A DNA stretch of 64,000 nucleotides from Candidatus Marinacidobacterales bacterium (GCA_965237955.1 OZ250169.1:4640001-4704000), one strand, 5' to 3'; positions 31,525-41,174 are shown, numbered from the stretch's first letter. Numbers and translations are program-made. The notes: generated from the letters alone by a model not told the origin.

Positions 31525-32916
31525 ATGAAGAAGATCCGCTGTGCCATCTATACGCGAAAGAGTGCGGAAGAGGGTCTCGAACAGGAGTTCAACTCCCTCG
31601 ATGCGCAGCGAGAAGCCTGCGCCGCGTATGTCGCGAGCCAGAAAGCGGAGGGCTGGGTGCTGCTGCCAACCGTCTACGAGGACGCGGGGCTCTCGGGAGG
31701 AACCCTGGAGCGCCCGGGCCTGCAGCGCTTGCTCGCCGACATCGACGCCGGTCTCGTCGACCAGATTGTGGTCTACAAGGTCGACCGACTGACCCGTTCC
31801 CTCTCCGACTTTGCAAAGCTCGTCGAACGGCTCGAGGCGGCCGGCGCGGTTTTCGTCTCGGTGACTCAGTCCTTCAACACCGCGACCAGCATGGGACGAC
31901 TGACGCTGCATATGCTGCTGTCCTTCGCACAATTCGAACGCGAGGTCACGGCCGAGCGGATCCGCGATAAGGACGCTGCCTCCAAGCGCAAGGGACTACG
32001 GATGGGCGGCCGCGTACCGCTAGGCTATGAGAAGGACGGGCGCACGCTGCGCATCAACGAGGCTGAGGCCGAAACGGTCCGGACGCTCTATGCGCTGTAC
32101 CGAAAGCACGAAACGCTCCGGCAGGTGAAGGCCGAGGCGGACCGCCTGAGACTGCGTACCAAGCAACGCTTCACCGCGGATGGAACCCGAACGGGCGGGC
32201 TGCCGTTCCGTCGCGGACACCTCCACTGCCTGCTGACCAATCCTCTCTACGCCGGCCGCATCCGGCACCAGAGGCGTGTCTACGAGGGCCAGCATCCATC
32301 GATCATTGCTCCGGAGCTCTGGGACGCGGTCCAGGCGCAGCTGCAGGCAGGGGCTGCCAAACCAAGGAGACGCACGACGAAGGGCCGTGCAGCCCGTTCC
32401 CCACTGGCAGGCAAGCTCTTCGACGAGACCGGGGACCGGCTGACGCCGAGCCACACCAAAAAGAAAAACGGGCAACGGCTCCGCTACTACGTCTCCCGGC
32501 GCCTCATCCAGCACAGTGGCCAAAAGGACCTCTCCGGCTGGCGACTGCCCGCCCCGATGCTGGAACAGACCGTCGTGCATCTCATCCGACAGCATGTGGA
32601 TGCCACGACCTTCTCGGCCTCGTTGATCCACACTCCGACGATGCAAGAGCTCGCCTCGGTGCGTCGCTTTTTAGACGGGCTGTGTTCCGGCAGTAATAAT
32701 GATAGTGCCTCGGCAGCCCCCCTGCTCCGTCTTATCCGGCGGGTCGACATCAGCCCCGGCTCTGTGTCCATCCTGCTCGACCGCAATGCGTTCGCTGCTT
32801 GCCTCTCTATGGGACCCGAACGCATTCGCGAGGATGCACTCCGCATCCTCGCACCGTTCCGCTTGCGTCGACGCGGCGTCGAGACCAAGCTCGTTCTGGG
32901 CAACCCCACGAACTGA
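31525..32916 (+). CDS. Large serine recombinase, 3'-truncated by an IS3 end
   Basis: 'AIYTRKS', 'VYKVDRLTRS', 'FAQFERE'; the stop codon is supplied by the IS3 terminal TGA at 32914. Confidence 0.9.
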   Translation: MKKIRCAIYTRKSAEEGLEQEFNSLDAQREACAAYVASQKAEGWVLLPTVYEDAGLSGGTLERPGLQRLLADIDAGLVDQIVVYKVDRLTRSLSDFAKLVERLEAAGAVFVSVTQSFNTATSMGRLTLHMLLSFAQFEREVTAERIRDKDAASKRKGLRMGGRVPLGYEKDGRTLRINEAEAETVRTLYALYRKHETLRQVKAEADRLRLRTKQRFTADGTRTGGLPFRRGHLHCLLTNPLYAGRIRHQRRVYEGQHPSIIAPELWDAVQAQLQAGAAKPRRRTTKGRAARSPLAGKLFDETGDRLTPSHTKKKNGQRLRYYVSRRLIQHSGQKDLSGWRLPAPMLEQTVVHLIRQHVDATTFSASLIHTPTMQELASVRRFLDGLCSGSNNDSASAAPLLRLIRRVDISPGSVSILLDRNAFAACLSMGPERIREDALRILAPFRLRRRGVETKLVLGNPTN

Positions 32917-33065
32917 ACCGCCCCGGGTTTTCCGGAGACTGTTTTAGTTGAGTCTCGCCATCTCTAGCGAGCCTTCCTGCGACCGATAGTAGTTCATCTC
33001 GTACTCGACCGGAGAGACATTTCCGATCGGCTCCAAGAGTCGTTGCGTGTTGTACCAATGGACCC
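32914..33065 (-). mobile_element. IS3-family right-end fragment
   Basis: TGAACCGCCCCGGGTTTTCCGGAGAC end plus the orfB C-terminal codons; matches 38569.. and 40907..41058. Confidence 0.85.
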
Positions 33066-33124
33066 CGTCCTGTGCCAAAACTCGGCCCTTTTGAAATAGA
33101 CCATAAATCAGCAGCTTAGTGTCT
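33066..33124 (+). repeat. Terminal repeat copy 2
   Basis: Direct match to the repeat family. Confidence 0.92.
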
Positions 33125-33203
33125 ATGGCGCGCTCCCGTGAACGGCTTGCCGGGTTGCTACGTTTCTACCATAGGGAAGCCGCATGAGTATTTTGACCTT
33201 ACG

Positions 33204-33276
33204 GGCACTCCCACAGGAAACGGGGAGAAACAGATAGGCCGCGCCTACGGAGCACCGTGCCAGCCCTCGACCCTAC
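33204..33276 (+). ncRNA. Group II intron 3'-end fragment (domain VI)
   Basis: Nearly identical to the reverse complement of 36539..36611; ends ...CCCTCGACCCTAC. Confidence 0.75.
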
Positions 33277-33384
33277 CGCGATGGAGCCTGACCAGAAGCC
33301 TGCTGGGCCGGACAGTTCCCCCGCTGATGCCCAGGGTGCCGACTATAATAGTGATGAAGGAGCCTCATCGGTGGGCCTTTTATC

Positions 33385-33460
33385 GGCCCGGTCGCAAACA
33401 CAGACACTAAGCTGCTGATTTATGGTCTATTTCGAAAGGGTCGAGTTTTGGCACAGGACG
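33385..33460 (-). repeat. Terminal repeat copy 3
   Basis: Inverted copy ending GAGTTTTGGCACAGGACG. Confidence 0.9.
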
Positions 33461-33552
33461 GGGTCAGGTCAGCTGAAAGACAGGGTCTGCAAATTGCTGG
33501 CGGAAGAGCCCGGTTTAACGGACCGGAAGACCACCACCGCACTCGGCACATC

Positions 33553-35775
33553 GTGACCGGTGCGGCCAGGCGACAACAGAAAGCGCCAAACCAGGAGGTT
33601 CTGGCTGGCCTCGTCGAGCGGGTGACGTTCCACAACGCCGATAATGGATTCTGCGTTCTGCGCATCAAGGCCCGGGGTCATCGCGATCTTGTGACGGTCG
33701 CCGGGCACGCCGCCATCGTTTCGGCCGGGGAGTGGGTCACGGCAGCGGGGGAATGGGTCAACGATCGCACCCACGGCCAGCAATTCAAGGCGGGCTTCAT
33801 GCGCACCTCGGAGCCATCGTCGATCGACGGCATCGAGAAATACCTTGGCTCCGGCATGATCCACGGCATCGGGCCGGTCTACGCTAGGAAGATGGTCAAG
33901 GCGTTTGGCGAAAAGGTATTCGATATCATCGAGGCCGAGCCGGAACGACTGCGCGAGGTGACCGGCATCGGCCGTGTGCGTGCCAAACGCATCACCGACG
34001 CCTGGGCGGAACAGAAGATCGTTCGCGAGATCATGGTGTTCCTGCACAGCCATGGCATCGGCACGGCGCGCGCGGTGCGGATCTACAAGACCTACGGCGT
34101 GGATGCCGTTCAGGTCATGACCGAGAACCCGTACCGCCTTGCACGAGATATTCGCGGCATCGGGTTCAAGACCGCCGACATGATCGCCATGAAGCTCGGC
34201 ATCGAGAAAACAGCCATGATCCGGGTTCGCGCGGGGATTTCTCATGCGCTCACCGAGGCGATGGACGATGGTCATTGCGGCCTGCCGGCCGAAGAGCTTG
34301 CACCGCTCGCCGTCGAATTATTGGAAGTGTCAAAGGAGTTGGTTCAAGACGCGCTGGACCTCGAACTGGCAGAAGGCACCGTCGTCGCTGCGGCGGTTGC
34401 CGGAACTCCCTGTATATTCCTTGGCGGCCTCTACCGTGCCGAACGGGTGATCGCCGAGAGGGTTCTCCGGATTACGGGCGGCAAGCTTCCTTGGCCGGAT
34501 ATCGATGCCGGCAAGGCGCTACCCTGGGTCGAGGGGAAGACCGGTCTGTCGCTGGCGGCAAGCCAGGCCGAGGCGGTTCGCCTAGCCCTGACCTCCAAGG
34601 CATTGGTCATCACCGGCGGGCCGGGCGTGGGCAAAACGACCATCGTCAACGCCATCCTGCGCATCCTGGCCGCCAAGGGCGTGACCCTGCTGCTCTGCGC
34701 CCCAACCGGCCGCGCCGCCAAGCGGATGACCGAGGCCACCGGGTTCGAGGCGAAAACGATCCACCGGCTACTCGAAGTCGATCCCAAGGGCGGTGGGTTC
34801 AAGCGCAACGGCAACAACCCTCTCGATTGCGGCCTGCTGGTCGTTGACGAGACCTCGATGGTGGACGTCATGCTGATGCAGGCCTTGCTGAAGGCGGTCC
34901 CCGACACTGCCGCGCTACTGATCGTGGGAGATATCGACCAACTGCCCTCGGTCGGTCCGGGCCAGGTACTGGCCAGCATCATCGCCTCCGGTGCCGTCTC
35001 GGTCGTGCGGCTGACCGAGGTTTTCCGTCAGGCCGCGCGAAGCCGGATCGTCACCAGCGCGCACGGGATCAACCGGGGTTCCATTCCCAATCTTTCGAAG
35101 CCCGAGGGCGACAGCGACTTCTACTTCGTGCAGGCGGACAATCCGGAAACCGCGGTGCCGATGATCATCGAATTGGTGAAGACGCGCATCCCAAGGCGCT
35201 TCGGGCTCGATCCGATCCGCGACATCCAGGTACTGTGTCCGATGAACCGCGGCGGCGTCGGCGCCCGCTCGCTCAACATCGAGCTGCAGACCGCCCTCAA
35301 TCCGGCCGGAGAGCGCAAGGTCGAGCGCTTCGGCTGGACCTTCGCGCCCGGCGACAAGGTGATGCAGATCGAAAACGATTATGACAAGGAGGTTTATAAC
35401 GGTGACATCGGCTATATCGACGATGTCGATCCCGAAGTCGGCGAGCTGACCGCGCATGTCGACGGGCGCGCCGTCGCCTATGGCTTCGGCGAGCTTGACA
35501 CGCTGGTTCCGGCATACGCTGCAACCATTCACAAGAGCCAGGGTTCGGAGTATCCCGCCGTCGTCATCCCCGTTCTGACCCAGCACTACGTTATGTTGCA
35601 GCGGAACCTGCTCTACACCGGCGTGACACGCGGCAAACGGCTGGTTGTGCTGGTCGGCCAGAAGAAGGCTGTGGCCATCGCCGTGCGCAATGTCTCGGGA
35701 CGGCGGCGGTGGTCGAAACTGGATGAATGGCTCGGCGATGCGGGAAACCGGCTTGCTCTCTCTTCCGGCAGCTGA
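33553..35775 (+). CDS. recD2: ATP-dependent RecD-like DNA helicase
   Basis: 'VERVTFHN', HhH 'GIG' motifs, Walker A 'GGPGVGKT', 'DETSM', 'HKSQGSE'. Confidence 0.92.
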   Translation: MTGAARRQQKAPNQEVLAGLVERVTFHNADNGFCVLRIKARGHRDLVTVAGHAAIVSAGEWVTAAGEWVNDRTHGQQFKAGFMRTSEPSSIDGIEKYLGSGMIHGIGPVYARKMVKAFGEKVFDIIEAEPERLREVTGIGRVRAKRITDAWAEQKIVREIMVFLHSHGIGTARAVRIYKTYGVDAVQVMTENPYRLARDIRGIGFKTADMIAMKLGIEKTAMIRVRAGISHALTEAMDDGHCGLPAEELAPLAVELLEVSKELVQDALDLELAEGTVVAAAVAGTPCIFLGGLYRAERVIAERVLRITGGKLPWPDIDAGKALPWVEGKTGLSLAASQAEAVRLALTSKALVITGGPGVGKTTIVNAILRILAAKGVTLLLCAPTGRAAKRMTEATGFEAKTIHRLLEVDPKGGGFKRNGNNPLDCGLLVVDETSMVDVMLMQALLKAVPDTAALLIVGDIDQLPSVGPGQVLASIIASGAVSVVRLTEVFRQAARSRIVTSAHGINRGSIPNLSKPEGDSDFYFVQADNPETAVPMIIELVKTRIPRRFGLDPIRDIQVLCPMNRGGVGARSLNIELQTALNPAGERKVERFGWTFAPGDKVMQIENDYDKEVYNGDIGYIDDVDPEVGELTAHVDGRAVAYGFGELDTLVPAYAATIHKSQGSEYPAVVIPVLTQHYVMLQRNLLYTGVTRGKRLVVLVGQKKAVAIAVRNVSGRRRWSKLDEWLGDAGNRLALSSGS

Positions 35776-35848
35776 TCCAGGAAGTGCGGTCGCTAGCGGC
35801 GTGCGGCGGTGGTTGCCGGTGGCCCTGCTGGTGGTCAATGGATGGTAC

Positions 35849-35977
35849 TGGATCTGAAGATAGCACCCTCGGGCCAGACGATTGTAAAGCCCACGGCCCT
35901 TGGCCCGGTCGCAAACACAGACACTAAGCTGCTGATTTATGGCCTATTTCAAAAGGGCCGAGTTTTGGCACAGGACG
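35849..35977 (-). repeat. Terminal repeat copy 4 (129 bp)
   Basis: Near-identical to 40778..40906. Confidence 0.92.
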
Positions 35978-36369
35978 ACATACATTGGGATCCTTTACTG
36001 GCGGTTGCAGTCATAGGTGTGATGGCCTTGCAGGCATCGCATGCGAGAAGTGAGGTTCGAGCGAGAATTGAAGCGCAGATTCTCACCGCAGCGGAGAAGC
36101 TCAACGATGCAGAGTTGGAAGCGGAGAAAAAAGAACTGGTCTCGGATTTAATTCTCGCCGGACTCGTCGGCTGCACTTGGTGGGAGCCCAACGGCCAAGC
36201 GAGGGCGTCGGCGCTGGCAATGCTACTCGAGCAGCTGGCGGAAGGCGATTCGTCTCCGGTGTTCTTAAGAAGCAGGCTCTTTATCCTGCGCTTGTATGAC
36301 GCCCTTCCCGTGAGTCAGGCACGACAATTCTGGCGTGTGCGGAATTTGTTGCGACGGATGAAGTCGTAG
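35978..36369 (+). pseudogene. C-terminal fragment of an unknown helical protein
   Basis: Protein-like open frame with lower GC; its 5' end is cut at the repeat terminus. Confidence 0.45.
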
Positions 36370-36451
36370 TGGTGCTTCTGTCATCAGAGGTAAGGGCAGT
36401 CTGTAAGGCGGACGCCCTGGGGGTATTGTCTGGCTGCCGGTCGACCGACCT

Positions 36452-36506
36452 CGTCCTGTGCCAAAACTCGGCCCTCTTGAAATAGACCATAAATCAGCAG
36501 CTTAGT
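36452..36506 (+). repeat. Terminal repeat copy 5
   Basis: Direct match to the repeat family. Confidence 0.9.
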
Positions 36507-36538
36507 TGTGATCCGCAAAAAAGAAAATCGCGTACCCG

Positions 36539-37440
36539 GTAAGGTCGAGGGCTGGCGCGGTGCTCCGTAGGCGCGGCCTATCTGTTTCTCCCCGTTTCCT
36601 ATGGGAGTGCCTCACTAGCCGCACCGTAAGTCCGTTTCCAGCCCCCGCCACATCGCACGCAGCGTGCGGCTTTCCCGCACTACGCGCTCCTGCACACTTC
36701 CCGCGAAGGGTTATGTGACCTATCGAGCCGGGGCGTCTTTCGGCGAATCTACGAGATATCGAACTCGGTAATCTGTGAACAGTCCGACAGTCGCCTACAT
36801 CCATCGCCTGCTCCATCGCTTCCAGCCGAAACCTTGGCGCAAGAAGCGCCAAGACTTCTCGGCCTTCGCCTTGACGTATATCCTTCATCTCAGCTCCTGC
36901 AGAGTGATGGGTGATTTTGTCATCTCACCCCTGCCTCGCTTGTTGACGAAGGAGTTGTGTGCAGCAGGGCCCCTTTGCTCCACGGGCGTTGCCCCGTTTC
37001 AACGCTACTACGGACCCAGCCGCCACCGTCTCGTCTTCAACCGTTTTCCCGGGGCCTCCGGTTATGCGGTCTACCTTGCTCCGTCGATTTCTCGACGGGA
37101 CGAGGACGGCTTCTCCAGTTGCTTGGCATGTCCTTGTCACCGTGCTGTCCCTACCACCCCGCCAGAGGGATGTGCCTCATCAGATAGTCTGGCGACACAT
37201 CCCTGTTGCCTTCGTCCGACACGAGAAAACTCGGCCTCTGGGGTCTATTTTTTTGTCGGGGCCACCTATGGGTTCACTTGTGTTACGGCCCGGTGACTCG
37301 CTCACCATCCTCAAGATGGCTTTGTCAGTCAGCTTCATCCGTCTCGTTTCCTCCACGAACGTGACTCAAGCTACGGGGCGCTAACTTTTTCCCCGGTGGG
37401 ACTCTCTCCCACTGAACATGCCAGCCTTCGCTGGACGCAC
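36539..37440 (-). ncRNA. Group II intron, RT ORF internally deleted (902 nt)
   Basis: 5' GTGCG at 37440; domain V at 36655..36688; domain VI ending GACCTTAC at 36539; ORF relic 'MTKSPITLQELR*RIYVKAKAEKSWRF/LRQGFGWKRWS'. Confidence 0.88.
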
Positions 37441-37890
37441 TCGTGTCCAAAAATACAAACGAACTCTAAGACCCGCGCGCCGGGACGTCGCCGAGTTCAT
37501 CTATCATTATCATGGAGAGTGCAACCATCAAGGGCTTGGCAACACGTTTGTATTTTGGACACGACGGCATCGCTTATGAACCACTCTCATCGCAGCCTCC
37601 TTCACGTCGCACCGGCGTGGAGCCCACGAACTTGTAATCTAATAGACGCGCTCAACAATCCAAGCTGGATAGAAAACGCAATTTGGGGTACGCGCAGGAC
37701 TCCCAGCCAAACTTGACAACGGGCTCAGTCGCACCAACGTTGAGCCGACCTCTGAGCCGGTGCCATCTACAGAGACTACCGCGTTTCATTCATACGGGGT
37801 GGCCGTCAGGCCGTGAAAAACTTGACAGTACCATCCGAAACGCTCCGGCTGATGCAAGTCTTGAGTTCGTTCGTGTTTTTTGACACGACG
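37441..37890. mobile_element. Degenerate miniature rve-integrase element with inverted ends
   Basis: 37441..37472 is inverted relative to 37858..37888, with an extra end at 37545..37566; internal relic 'HYHGECNHQGLGN'. Confidence 0.6.
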
Positions 37891-37938
37891 CGCTCACTCA
37901 AACGATTGTGCGGCCGGCAGCGAAAATGTAGCGGGCGC

Positions 37939-38199
37939 CTAAGGGAGTGGACCGATCCGACCGGGAGCCTCGAAACTTCGGGCTCGCTTCCAAGCTCTCA
38001 TGAGCTCATCCTGATGTTGAGAGGCCCACTCCACAACGAGACCGGTCGCGCGAGCGGGAAGGCGGCCTGCCGTCAGCGATAGCGTCTCGATGGCAAAGAG
38101 AGCCTCGTCGGACCCGTAATACGCATGGAAATGAGGAGGGGCATGATCGTTGAAGAACATCCGCACGACGATGCCATAAAACCGGCTTAGCTCAGGCAT
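37939..38199 (-). CDS. DUF4160-type protein (putative TA component)
   Basis: 'MPELSRFYGIVVRMFFNDHAPPHFHAYY...EWA'. Confidence 0.85.
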   Translation of the reverse strand: MPELSRFYGIVVRMFFNDHAPPHFHAYYGSDEALFAIETLSLTAGRLPARATGLVVEWASQHQDELMRAWKRARSFEAPGRIGPLP

Positions 38200-38476
38200 C
38201 TACATCGGCGACCGATATTCGAGGAAAAACCTCCTCCGGCTTCTTTCCGGTTAGCTCGAGGTAGATGCTGTCCGGGCATAGCTCGATGTCTTTGTTCCAC
38301 GCGATGCTTCCGTGGGGGCTCACGTGGACGGTCTCGAAGAATGCAGGATCACTCCACGACGAGAATATGCCCTTGCCGACGAAGGGAATGAGGTCCACCT
38401 CGCCTTCGGTGCCATCCTCGTAACGCACCCAAATCTTGTACTTGGGCAACGCTCGAACTTCGCGAACCTTCAACAT
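38192..38476 (-). CDS. DUF2442-type protein (putative TA component)
   Basis: 'YEDGTEGEVDL...F...IAW..DIELCPDSIY'. Confidence 0.82.
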   Translation of the reverse strand: MLKVREVRALPKYKIWVRYEDGTEGEVDLIPFVGKGIFSSWSDPAFFETVHVSPHGSIAWNKDIELCPDSIYLELTGKKPEEVFPRISVADVDA

Positions 38477-38497
38477 GCCCACATTGTAGCACCTCCG

Positions 38498-38559
38498 GCT
38501 GTGCCTTCTATATATTCATCCACGCGCACCGAACTTGATCAGTCTCCGGTCTGCCGGCA
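38498..38559 (+). repeat. Second copy of the element end seen at 30415..30476
   Basis: GCTGTGCCTTCTATATATTCATCC...CTGCCGGCA. Confidence 0.8.
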
Positions 38560-38568
38560 GAAACAGAC

Positions 38569-39072
38569 TGAACCGCCCTGGGTTTTCCGGAGACTGTTTT
38601 AGTTGAGTCTCGCCATCTCTAGCGAGCCTTCCTGCGACCGATAGTAGTTCATCTCGTACTCGACCGGGGGGACATTTCCGATCGGCTCCAAGAGTCGTTG
38701 CGTGTTGTACCAATGCACCCACTCGAGGGTGGCGAACTCGACGTCCTCAGGACCACGCCAGGGCCCGCGTCGACGGATCACCTCGGTCTTGTAGAGGCCG
38801 ATGATGGATTCAGCCAAAGCGTTATCGTAAGAGTCGCCTCGGCTGCCGACGGACGGCTCAACACCCGCCTCGGCGAGCCGCTCGGTGTAACGGGTCGAGA
38901 CGTACTGCACGCCGCGATCGCTGTGATGCACCAATGGATCTTCTGGGTTTAGTCGGCGCTCGTGCAGCGCCTGCTCCAACGCATCGAGAGCGATGCCGGC
39001 AGTCAACGATGTCGTCGCTCGCCAACCGACGATGAGTCGAGCGAAGATGTCGATGACGAAGGCGACATACAC
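38569..39072 (-). mobile_element. IS3-family transposase 3' fragment with right end
   Basis: 'VYVAFVID', 'HHSDRGVQY', 'DSYDNALAE', 'YKTE'. Confidence 0.88.
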
Positions 39073-39440
39073 GCCAGAAGTCGACATCAGAGGCGGACAG
39101 CAAGCTCGCCATCGTCTCGTCTGCGTCGAAGAGTTCGACACCGCGCATAGCATGGAGACAAATTCGCAGTCCAACTCGCCCGGGAAGGCTCTTCAAGCCA
39201 GTTACAAGGCTCCTCGTACGATCTCGATCTAGAATCGCGGCCTGAGGCAAAGAGTCCATCAGCACTCGAACTAAGAAATTAACACCTCCGTGGCCTTCGT
39301 TCTGAACGTGCCCTTCAATAGACGGCACTTCGGAATCGTTGCAGTCATAGTCGTCTGCAATCAGGTCAAGTTCCGATTGCAGTTCAAGAGCGGACTGCAA
39401 TTCAGCGATTGCTAAGTCGAGAATCCGTCCGGCGCGATCC
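39073..39440 (-). pseudogene. Internal fragment of a large protein, possibly SIR2/Dsr-like
   Basis: 'DSEVPSIEGHVQN..GVNFLVRVLMD'; bounded on both sides by mobile ends. Confidence 0.3.
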
Positions 39441-40906
39441 CGTCCTGTGCCAAAACTCGGCCCTTTTGAAATAGACCATAAATCAGCAACTTAGTGTCTG
39501 TGTTTGAAATAGACCATAAATCAGCAACTTAGTGTCTGTGTTTGCGACTGGACCAAGGGCCGTGGGCTTTACAATCGTCTTGGGCGGGCGGGTCGTCACC
39601 ATGCAGATGACCACCTAGTCGAGAGCGAATATCGAAGCGTGTTCCTGAAGCGGTTTCCACGCTACGCCGGTCGAGCCCGCCGAGGGGCTACCGTCGCCGG
39701 CGACCATCTACGCGGCACGGCAGTAGTAGTTGAGAATGCCCCCAAGTCGCTCTCGCGACACGATGGGGCCAGCGTCATTCGCGCTTGCCGGCAGAGGTGT
39801 GAGGAGCTCGTTGCCGAGACCTTGGTGGTTCCGTTCTGTGTGATAGTGCACTACGTATTCGGTTACTGCTGTGCGCAGGTGTCGCTCACTGAGAGGTACG
39901 AAGCGGTCGAGACACTCTCGACGTATGGAGAGAACGAATCTTTCCGCATATGCGTTCAGATTCGGACTATTAGCGGGAAGGCGAAGGGGCTTCACGCCTG
40001 AATCTCTCAACAGCCCACGTACCGCCTCGGTGAATAGCGGGTCTCGGTCGTGGATGAGGTATCGCTTGCCAAGGAGGAAACCATCCCACATGTCAGTGAG
40101 GTTTCTTGCCACCTGCTTCATCCACTCCCCGTTGGGGTCCGACGTTATCCCACCGATGCACACGCAGCGAGTGGCGATATCGATGACAAACAGGACATGG
40201 TAGCGGACGAGCCCGAACGGGTTCACAACCTCGACGGTGAACAGGTCTGTCGCAGCGATGGCACCCCAATGAGCCTTGATGAAGGTGCTCCACGACATGC
40301 TCCTGCCCCGCTCCGGCGCAGGAGCAATACCGTGCTCGGCGAGGATCCTCTTGATAGTGTTGCGTCCGAGTTCATGTCCTAGGTTCTTGAGTGCGCCTCG
40401 CAGGCGCGTATATCCCCACGTCGGGTTCTCCCGCGCCACGCGCACAATGAGCTCACGGATGTCCTTCGCCGTCGGAGGTCGGCCTGGACTCCGGTTCTTG
40501 CTGCCATCGTACTTGGCTGCGATGAGGTGGCGGTACCAGCGCAGAAGCGTAGCGGGTGTGGCAACGGACGCAATCTGGGCCAGCGCCTCGCGGCCCAAAG
40601 CCTGGGCCTTGACCGCGAGCCTGCGCCGGTCGTCGTCCGAGAGACTGAGACGCTTGCCCCGAAGCCCGGCTCGGAGCACACGGTTCTCCTCTTGCAGGTA
40701 GTCGATCACATCCTGCTGCTGGCGGTTGACCCAGCCAGCTAGAACGAGCAGTAGGAATTGCACGTGGTACGTCATCATGGATCTGAAGATAACACCCTCG
40801 GGCCAGACGATTGTAAAGCCTACGGCCCTTGGCCCCGGCGCAAACACAGACACTAAGCTGCTGATTTATGGCCTATTTCAAAAGGGCCGAGTTTTGGCAC
40901 AGGACG
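39441..40906 (-). mobile_element. Complete ~1.47-kb rve-integrase IS-like element with ~100-bp terminal inverted repeats (copies 6 and 7)
   Basis: Repeat at 39441..39580 (with an internal tandem duplication) is inverted to the repeat ending at 40906; single integrase ORF inside. Confidence 0.8.
39708..40778 (-). CDS. Integrase core (rve, DDE) transposase
   Basis: 'ENPTWGY', 'ATDLFTVE', 'LIHDRDPLF', 'NAYAERFV', 'ERNHQG'. Confidence 0.9.
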   Translation of the reverse strand: MMTYHVQFLLLVLAGWVNRQQQDVIDYLQEENRVLRAGLRGKRLSLSDDDRRRLAVKAQALGREALAQIASVATPATLLRWYRHLIAAKYDGSKNRSPGRPPTAKDIRELIVRVARENPTWGYTRLRGALKNLGHELGRNTIKRILAEHGIAPAPERGRSMSWSTFIKAHWGAIAATDLFTVEVVNPFGLVRYHVLFVIDIATRCVCIGGITSDPNGEWMKQVARNLTDMWDGFLLGKRYLIHDRDPLFTEAVRGLLRDSGVKPLRLPANSPNLNAYAERFVLSIRRECLDRFVPLSERHLRTAVTEYVVHYHTERNHQGLGNELLTPLPASANDAGPIVSRERLGGILNYYCRAA

Positions 40907-41058
40907 GGGTGCATTGGTACAACACGCAACGACTCTTGGAGCCGATCGGAAATGTCGCCCCCGTCGAGTACGAGATGAACTACTATCGGTCGCAGGAAGG
41001 CTCGCTAGAGATGGCGAGACTCAACTAAAACAGTCTCCGGAAAACCCGGGGCGGTTCA
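40907..41058 (+). mobile_element. IS3-family right-end fragment
   Basis: Inverted copy of 32914..33065. Confidence 0.85.
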
Positions 41059-41174
41059 GGACATCGCCGCCTTGAACTTCTGGGAGACTTTCCGATACGT
41101 CCTTCCCCGCACCACGATGGCCAGGAAGTGGTCGGGGGTCAAGGTGTTCAGAAATAGTGGGAGGATTTTCAAGA

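Noticed and set aside
37226-37236. 11-bp match AAAACTCGGCC shared by the intron hairpin and the 54-bp terminal repeat
   Set aside because: Same sense as the strand that would be targeted, so it cannot pair with it; plausible by chance.
30828-40906. Repeat family as a CRISPR array or integron attC cassettes
   Set aside because: Irregular kb-scale spacing, both orientations, no cas or intI gene, no GTTRRRY cores; better explained as transposon ends.
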